DNA from: an uncultured Verrucomicrobiae bacterium
GTDB lineage: Bacteria; Verrucomicrobiota; Verrucomicrobiia; Chthoniobacterales; JAFAMB01
Length of the DNA: 64,000 nucleotides
Direction: 5' to 3'
Assembly (NCBI GenBank): GCA_963813025.1
Contig: CAWEXO010000001.1
Location: 64,001-128,000 of the forward strand
Translations under genes and position numbers: made by a program
Shown here: one piece after another, positions 58,287-64,000 of the stretch
Layout of the letters: each line of letters starts with the position of its first letter
How positions within the stretch are numbered: the first letter of the stretch is position 1
Notes under the pieces: model-generated
Told to the model about the DNA's origin: nothing
Database searches by the model: none
What the model saw: only the letters and a program-made list of their open reading frames with translations

Positions 58287-59212
58287 CTCCGGGTAGTGGC
58301 AATGGCCAGAACAATTATAATCAGGAGTCCTTGCGCAACCTGCTGCAAACCGCCAGCCAACCGCAACACCTGCATCGTCGTCACGACCATCACCAGAAAA
58401 ATCGATCCCAGGATGGTTCCGAGCGCGGTCGCTCGACCACCCAGGATCGAGGTACCCCCGACGACCACAGCGCCGACGGACTGCAACAGGAATGGACTAC
58501 CCATTTCCAAAAAAGCACCACCGACTCTTCCGGAAAGCATCACGCCGCCTAGCGCCGCCAACAGTCCGCTCAAAAGATAAGCCACGGTGCGCGTCCGGTG
58601 GACGCCGATGCCCGCCAAACGCGCTGCGGCCGGGCTCTGACCGACCGCGGCTAGACTTCGGCCATAAACGGTTCGATCAAGCACAAAAAGCGCAATCAAA
58701 GTCAAGGCGAACGCCGCGATCAACGGCACCGGAATTTCCAGCAGCCGCGCGCTGGCCAAATAGACGAGCGCCGGACTGATCGCGTACGTCCGGAAGCCGC
58801 GATTGTATAGAAGCGTAGCAGTGGTCAGAATATATCCCACAGCCAATGTGGCGATGATCGGCGGAATCCGCAGATGATTGACGATCGCCGCATTCAACCA
58901 TCCCATTACCAGCCCCAGCCCGAGCACAAGCAACAGTCCCGCCGGCAAACGTCCGTCACTTCCGTTAATGAAGCTGGTTCCGACAAACGCGGAAAGAGTC
59001 ATGACGTTCGGGATCGAGAGATCGACCGCCCCATTGCCGGTAGTGACCACAAACATTTGTCCAAGCGCGACAACGCAAAGCAGTGCCGCCGATCCCAGTA
59101 TTCCGCTTAGGCTGGCGAAGCTGATCTGCCCGGCGCCGAAACTGAGAATGCCCCAAAGCACAAGAATACCCAGGAACGCCCAAATCCAAGGCTGGCTGAT
59201 GATACGCTTCAT
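58283..59212 (-). CDS. Sugar ABC transporter permease (RbsC-type)
   Basis: GAVDLS, IPPIIATL, YGRSL.AVG..AARLAGI, AVVVGGTS..GG. Confidence 0.92.
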   Translation of the reverse strand: MKRIISQPWIWAFLGILVLWGILSFGAGQISFASLSGILGSAALLCVVALGQMFVVTTGNGAVDLSIPNVMTLSAFVGTSFINGSDGRLPAGLLLVLGLGLVMGWLNAAIVNHLRIPPIIATLAVGYILTTATLLYNRGFRTYAISPALVYLASARLLEIPVPLIAAFALTLIALFVLDRTVYGRSLAAVGQSPAAARLAGIGVHRTRTVAYLLSGLLAALGGVMLSGRVGGAFLEMGSPFLLQSVGAVVVGGTSILGGRATALGTILGSIFLVMVVTTMQVLRLAGGLQQVAQGLLIIIVLAIATTRR

Positions 59213-61686
59213 AAGACCCGCTGCCAGATCGTCCGAATGACGACAATGAGTAACAGGATCAAGCCTTGCAACGCGGCAATGTAGTCCGAGCTCACCTGGA
59301 GGAAGCCCAATAATGCGCCCAGCAAGGACAAAGTCACCGCGGCAAGCACCACACCGATTGGGTCAATGCGACCACCGACGAGATCGCAGCCGCCCATGAC
59401 CACCGCAGCCACACTCAAAAGCGTGTAGCTGAGCGCAGCGTTCACGTCAGAGGCCGTGTTGATTCCGGTGAGAGCTAGACCAGCCGCCAAACCGAAACAT
59501 CCGCTGGTGAGGTAGGTCCAGACATGATACCGCAAATCCGACCAGCCGAGCTCGCGCATCGCGTGGGCGTTGTTGCCGAAACCACGCAGGACAATGCCGA
59601 ACCGGGTTCGCAGGAGGATTAAACCGACGGCAGCAAACGCCGCGATCAGGATCACGGGCATTGGCAGCAGGGGAAAATTAAAGTTAAATATACCTGCGAG
59701 CCAAGCGGGGGCGCTTCCACCGGGCATCGGCTGCAGAGCATAACCCAGCCCGATCCAGACAAAAGAACTCCCCAGAGTAGCAACGAGCGCCGGTATCCGG
59801 CGCACGTGAATTAACCAGCCGAGGACCCCATAGGCAGCCAACCCTCCGCCCAGGGCGACTATCCCGAGGAGCGGCTTCTCGACTAACCAGGTCGCACTGA
59901 CAACATTCGTCAGCCCGGCAAAACCACCGATGCCCAGATCGATCTCGCTTCGGCCAACCACAAACATCTGCCCAAGCGAAACCAGCACCAGCGGGACCGC
60001 CGTGCCCAGGAGCAATCCGAGGCCAAAAGGAGAAAGTGCTGATGGATTCAGCCAGCCGATCGCACTAAACACCGCGATTGCAGCCAGCAGAGGCGTAATC
60101 CAATGCGGCGCAGTAAAGCGTCTCTTCGCTTTCGCTTCGGCGGCGCGGCGTTCAGCGGGGTCGACCCCAAACGCCCGTCCTACCAGCTCGTCCCGTTCCG
60201 GTTTCGTGAGCTCGGCCACAATCCGGCCAAGCCGAAACACCAAAACCCGCGTACACTGTTCGAATTCGTTATCTTCCGAACTCTGCCAGACGACAAGTTT
60301 GCCTCGGCTAGCCATTTCAGAAAGTGTTCGATAAAACTCCGCTTTGACTCCTACGTCCACCCCCCGAGTCGGGTCGTCGAGCAGGATGGTCTCTGCATCC
60401 ACGAGCAGCGCCCGGGACAGAAGAGCCTTCTGCTGATTGCCGCCGCTGAGCTCGACGATCGGTTTTTCCAAAGCGTCCGAAGTGAACGCGAATCGTTTGA
60501 TCCAGGGATTGGCCCATTCGCGGTCTTCCCGCAACGAGACCAAGGCCCATGTCGGACGCTGAACCTGACGCGAGACCGTGATATTCAGCAGCGTCGGCCA
60601 GAGGCCGAAAATTCCTTCCTTGGCCCGATCTCCGGTGACATAGGCCGCCGAACCTGATCTTCGAACGGTTTGATATGGCTGTTTTCGCGCCCGGAAGATC
60701 GCCTGCAAAAGATTCTCTTGGCCGCTCCCCTCCAGGCCGGCCAAACCGATAATCTCTCCGGCACGGAGTTGAATCTGACGCCCCGGACCGCTGGAGATCC
60801 AGCGCTCGCCGATCTCCACCCGCCACCCGGGCGTACCTGAAGGTGAGGGCAAGCGCAGAGGTGCCTCCCGTACCCGAGGCGTCATGTTTCCTGAGGCACC
60901 GGAACCAGTCGGAAGAATCGTTGCGGCCGACAATAGCGTTATCAGGCTTTTTTCGTCGGTCTGACTGCGCGGCCCCTGCCAGACAACACGCCCGTCACGC
61001 ATGACGATGCATTCCTGCGAGAGATCGAGTATCTCTTCCAAGCGGTGGCCGATGAAAACCACGGCCATGCCCTCGCTCGATCGCCTCCGGAGATAAGCGA
61101 GGAGCTGGTGGGCGCGCCGGGCGTCTAACGACGAGGTCGGTTCGTCGAGAATCAGCAGCTTTAGCCTTGGATCGAGCACGGCGCGCGCGATCTCGACCAT
61201 CTGGCGTTCGGCCAGGCGAAGGCTGCCCACCTGACTGCTTGTGCGCACGCGATTATCAGGAAAGATCGCATGCAGTATTTTCGCGATGGCGCGCTCGGCT
61301 TTTCGACGCCAATTAAACCCCCGGAAAGCGCGTCCAAACTCGAGCAAAACGTTCTCGCTGACGGTCAGATTGGTACATAAGGAAAGTTCCTGGTGGACAA
61401 CGCGAACGCCCAGGCTCTTGGCAATCGATGGAGAATAGCTTCCAAAATGAACTTGAGTTCCATCCAGAGAAACGGAGCCGCGATCCGGGGTAATGCGACC
61501 TGAAAGGATTCGTGTTAGCGTGGACTTGCCCGCTCCATTTCCGCCAAGCAACGCGGTAATCCTCCCACGCTGAATGGCGAGCGAAACGCCGTTGACCGCC
61601 ACGGTCGCACCAAACGTTTTCGTTAATTGCTCAGCCGCGAGGAGCGTATCGGGAGGGCTGTCAACGCGAAAATCATGAGGCAGCAT
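59209..61686 (-). CDS. Sugar ABC transporter RbsA-type double ATPase fused to a permease
   Basis: GGNGAGKST, LDEPT, LSGGNQQK, DDPTRGVDVG followed by TM domain (EIDL, AAVVMGG). Confidence 0.9.
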   Translation of the reverse strand: MLPHDFRVDSPPDTLLAAEQLTKTFGATVAVNGVSLAIQRGRITALLGGNGAGKSTLTRILSGRITPDRGSVSLDGTQVHFGSYSPSIAKSLGVRVVHQELSLCTNLTVSENVLLEFGRAFRGFNWRRKAERAIAKILHAIFPDNRVRTSSQVGSLRLAERQMVEIARAVLDPRLKLLILDEPTSSLDARRAHQLLAYLRRRSSEGMAVVFIGHRLEEILDLSQECIVMRDGRVVWQGPRSQTDEKSLITLLSAATILPTGSGASGNMTPRVREAPLRLPSPSGTPGWRVEIGERWISSGPGRQIQLRAGEIIGLAGLEGSGQENLLQAIFRARKQPYQTVRRSGSAAYVTGDRAKEGIFGLWPTLLNITVSRQVQRPTWALVSLREDREWANPWIKRFAFTSDALEKPIVELSGGNQQKALLSRALLVDAETILLDDPTRGVDVGVKAEFYRTLSEMASRGKLVVWQSSEDNEFEQCTRVLVFRLGRIVAELTKPERDELVGRAFGVDPAERRAAEAKAKRRFTAPHWITPLLAAIAVFSAIGWLNPSALSPFGLGLLLGTAVPLVLVSLGQMFVVGRSEIDLGIGGFAGLTNVVSATWLVEKPLLGIVALGGGLAAYGVLGWLIHVRRIPALVATLGSSFVWIGLGYALQPMPGGSAPAWLAGIFNFNFPLLPMPVILIAAFAAVGLILLRTRFGIVLRGFGNNAHAMRELGWSDLRYHVWTYLTSGCFGLAAGLALTGINTASDVNAALSYTLLSVAAVVMGGCDLVGGRIDPIGVVLAAVTLSLLGALLGFLQVSSDYIAALQGLILLLIVVIRTIWQRVL

Positions 61687-61688
61687 TT

Positions 61689-61851
61689 TAAGCGGCGGAA
61701 GCGGAGGGAGCGGGTTCAGCGGAGGAAGGTAAGTATCAGATCACACTCAACAGCCTGATCCTGCAATTACGAATCGCTGACATATCATACCTTCTGCTGC
61801 TCTCGCGCTACTTTCCTCCGCTGAAACCGCCCCCGCCGCTCCTTCCGCTTA
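61689..61851. repeat. 43-bp imperfect inverted repeat spanning the SBP-ATPase intergenic region
   Basis: Arms 61689-61731 and 61809-61851, 36/43 complementary, TA at both outer ends. Confidence 0.85.
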
Positions 61852-61855
61852 GTTC

Positions 61856-62872
61856 CTACTTCTTCACCAGATTCGTTTGAACCCATTCCCGAGTGTAGGT
61901 CGGACTCACAATCTGACCAGGCGGCATGTTCGTGTACTCCGCCAGGTTTTCACTGGTCACTCGTGCGCCGGGCATCTTGATCACTGTTGGAACGTTCTCA
62001 CCATTGAGAATATCGATCGCCAGCCACACAGCGGCACCCCCAATCCCCGGCGCGGTATTGGCGGAGATTGTCTGGTAGGGGGCCTTCTTGTTCTGCTCAG
62101 CCCACCATCGTAGAAAATTCGAAGTTCCACCACCCTGGATAATCGGAAGCTTACCCCCGGCTTGCTCGAAGGCCTGCACGATTCCGATATCGTCACCTCC
62201 CCCCTGAGCGATCACGGCATCCACGTGTTTCAGCGTTGGCAGAATGTTTGCCACTGCCGCCTGTGCTACTGAGGTCGTCGCCTGACCGTAAATTTCACCA
62301 ACAATGTTTATCTCGGGGTATTTCTTGAGGACATCCTTCTGCGCATCCGAGATAATCTTGTCCGGTGCGGATCCTTGGACGCCGCGGACCAGCAAGACAT
62401 TTCCTTTCCCGTGCATCAGTGTCCCGGCAATATAGTCGGCCATACTGCCAAAGATACCGACCATATCGAAATCGAGTTTGTAAGCGCAATCAGCCGTCGC
62501 GATCGAGTCGAAGGCAAGCACTTTGATCCCGGCTTGGCAGGCTTTCTCAATCGTGCCGTTGAGCGCCGTGGGCGACGCGGAATTGATGCAGATCGCATCG
62601 ACTCCTTTGAGGATCAGTCCGCTGAGCTGGGCGTTCTGCTGATTGACCGTGCCGTCTCCATTTTCAACGACGTAATCAGAAATCAACCCTTCTGCTTTTG
62701 CTTGATCAGCGGCCTGACGAAAGGCCTCTACCATCTGGTGTCGCCAGATGTTTCCGTAATAAGAATTCGAGAGCGCGATTTTCCATTTCTTTTTCTGACC
62801 AGCCTCCTGGGCCTGGGTCGAAAAACCAAAACAAACGGAGAGCAGACTGAGAACGAGGACGAGACGTTTCAT
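61856..62872 (-). CDS. Sugar ABC substrate-binding protein (RbsB/Peripla_BP_4 type)
   Basis: Signal peptide; IALSNSYYGN.WR.QM, GVDAI.IN, V.AFDS. Confidence 0.9.
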   Translation of the reverse strand: MKRLVLVLSLLSVCFGFSTQAQEAGQKKKWKIALSNSYYGNIWRHQMVEAFRQAADQAKAEGLISDYVVENGDGTVNQQNAQLSGLILKGVDAICINSASPTALNGTIEKACQAGIKVLAFDSIATADCAYKLDFDMVGIFGSMADYIAGTLMHGKGNVLLVRGVQGSAPDKIISDAQKDVLKKYPEINIVGEIYGQATTSVAQAAVANILPTLKHVDAVIAQGGGDDIGIVQAFEQAGGKLPIIQGGGTSNFLRWWAEQNKKAPYQTISANTAPGIGGAAVWLAIDILNGENVPTVIKMPGARVTSENLAEYTNMPPGQIVSPTYTREWVQTNLVKK

Positions 62873-63089
62873 AACAATTGTGTATCGGGGGGTCGGCAGA
62901 GCTATTGAAGCAACGAACTGTTAGTCTAGCCAGCCGGCCAAGACCTGCCTTTAGCCGGGACGGAAAGTTGTTTCGCCGGTTTGGAACCTGCGTCGCACAA
63001 AAGGCCTCGGCCCTGCGCGATAGGTCAACAATTCGCGATTCTGTCGCAACCTGTCTTTGGCTCAGGTTCCGTCAGGTCGATCCGCCTTG

Positions 63090-63260
63090 GCGGATGAGCC
63101 TTTCGAATAAAAGAGATTGTCCCGCAACACCTACGGTCGGTAGGGTCAAGCTCCCGCTTGACCTCCTTTCTGTTGGATCACGTCTTGATCCGGACGAGCT
63201 GAAGCTCATCCCTACCGCTCCTCGTCCTTGAGGCCACTGTGAAAGCGGCTCGAATAAATT
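63090..63260. repeat. MITE-like end (63113) + family B REP pair + family A tail
   Basis: Colinear with 14286-14372 and 14478-14535. Confidence 0.85.
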
Positions 63261-63392
63261 ATCGATCGTTAGCCATTCTAGAAAACGAACAGCCCTCAGC
63301 ACCTTGCATAAAATCAACGGGACAGTGTTTTTTATTTTAGAGAGACGAATTTTTGCGTAGGTGAGATTGAGCCCCTGCAATCCCTTCGCCCG

Positions 63393-64000
63393 ATGTCCTC
63401 ACCGCCGGATCGCCGTGTCATCCATTTGTCCACCCAGGAATTCACCTGCCGTTTTGAAACCGACACCGGATTTCTTCGGCGAATCAATCGAGGCAACACC
63501 GAAATCGTGCGCGCCATTTACGCCGCCGTGCGGGACGAAAATTGGAACACGATTCAGCCGCAGATCGAGATCAGGGCGATCCGAGCCGAGCCCAACGCAT
63601 TTCGGGTCGACTTCGAGGCACATTGTGAAGCGCCGAACATTCGCTTCTGGTGGACTGGATCGATCGAAGGACGGGGTTCTTGCCTGTCATTTTCATTTCA
63701 CGGAGAAGCGAAAACCAGCTTTCGCAAGAACCGGATTGGTCTGTGCATTCTTCATCCCATCCGGGAATGCGCGGGAATTCACTGCCATATCCAGCAAGCG
63801 ACAGGCGCCTGGATAAAAGCCGAGTTTCCGTCCTCTATCTCGCCCCATCAACCGTTCAAGGACTTGCGAGCAATGCGCTGGCCGGCCAGTCCGAAAATCG
63901 ACGCCGAGCTGCAGTTCTCTGGCGATATTTTTGAGACCGAAGACCAGCGGAATTGGACCGATGCGTCGTTCAAGACCTATTGTACTCCACTGGCAATTCC
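63393..64000 (+). CDS. D-apionate lactonase (ApnL)-like protein, 3' end outside window (not in ORF track)
   Basis: Open from ATG 63393 to the end: LRRI..G.TEIVRAIY.AVRDENW.T, NRIGLCILHP, FP..ISPHQPF, FETEDQRNWTDASFKTYCTPL. Confidence 0.75.
   Translation, partial: MSSPPDRRVIHLSTQEFTCRFETDTGFLRRINRGNTEIVRAIYAAVRDENWNTIQPQIEIRAIRAEPNAFRVDFEAHCEAPNIRFWWTGSIEGRGSCLSFSFHGEAKTSFRKNRIGLCILHPIRECAGIHCHIQQATGAWIKAEFPSSISPHQPFKDLRAMRWPASPKIDAELQFSGDIFETEDQRNWTDASFKTYCTPLAI

Noticed and set aside
6743..63260. Dispersed repeats as a CRISPR array
   Set aside because: No regularly spaced identical direct repeats with unique spacers and no cas genes.
63361..63934. Track ORFs 63361-63816, 63399-63623 and 63650-63934
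   Set aside because: Shadows of the real frame that starts at 63393 and runs off the window.

Overview
Bacterial chromosomal window, GC-rich. Gene content and order (ilvE-mcsA-mcsB-clpC without ctsR, folP-cdaA-glmM-bioD, fused secDF, three-gene sdhCAB) suggest a Verrucomicrobiota/Chthoniobacterales-like organism; this is inference. Most of the window is housekeeping (mutS, sdhCAB, leuB, trpF, recF, rplU-rpmA, trmL, ilvE, clpC, folP, glmM, bioD, folB, hemQ, larE, yajC-secDF) plus several transporters. The main find is a complete IS110-family element (43179-44862) inserted into a dispersed GTAG-type REP-like repeat. Its ends rebuild a sigma70-like promoter on circularisation. Its 378-bp non-coding end has bridge-RNA architecture, with loop segments that match both the repeat target and its own end junction. 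It also has a 5' hairpin carrying a 10-nt copy of the target, a possible anti-guide. A second, non-autonomous MITE-like element repeatedly inserts into the same repeat about 9 nt away, building nested mosaics. Other items: a MarR module with three palindromic operators, a lower-GC peptidoglycan-hydrolase lipoprotein plus putative immunity cassette, a mini-CdaR, genes missing from the ORF track (a 56-aa lipoprotein and an ApnL-like gene running off the end), two single-base frameshifts, and composite hexamer/heptamer satellites. No rRNA, tRNA or CRISPR array was recognised. All family assignments come from motif recognition by eye, with no database search.
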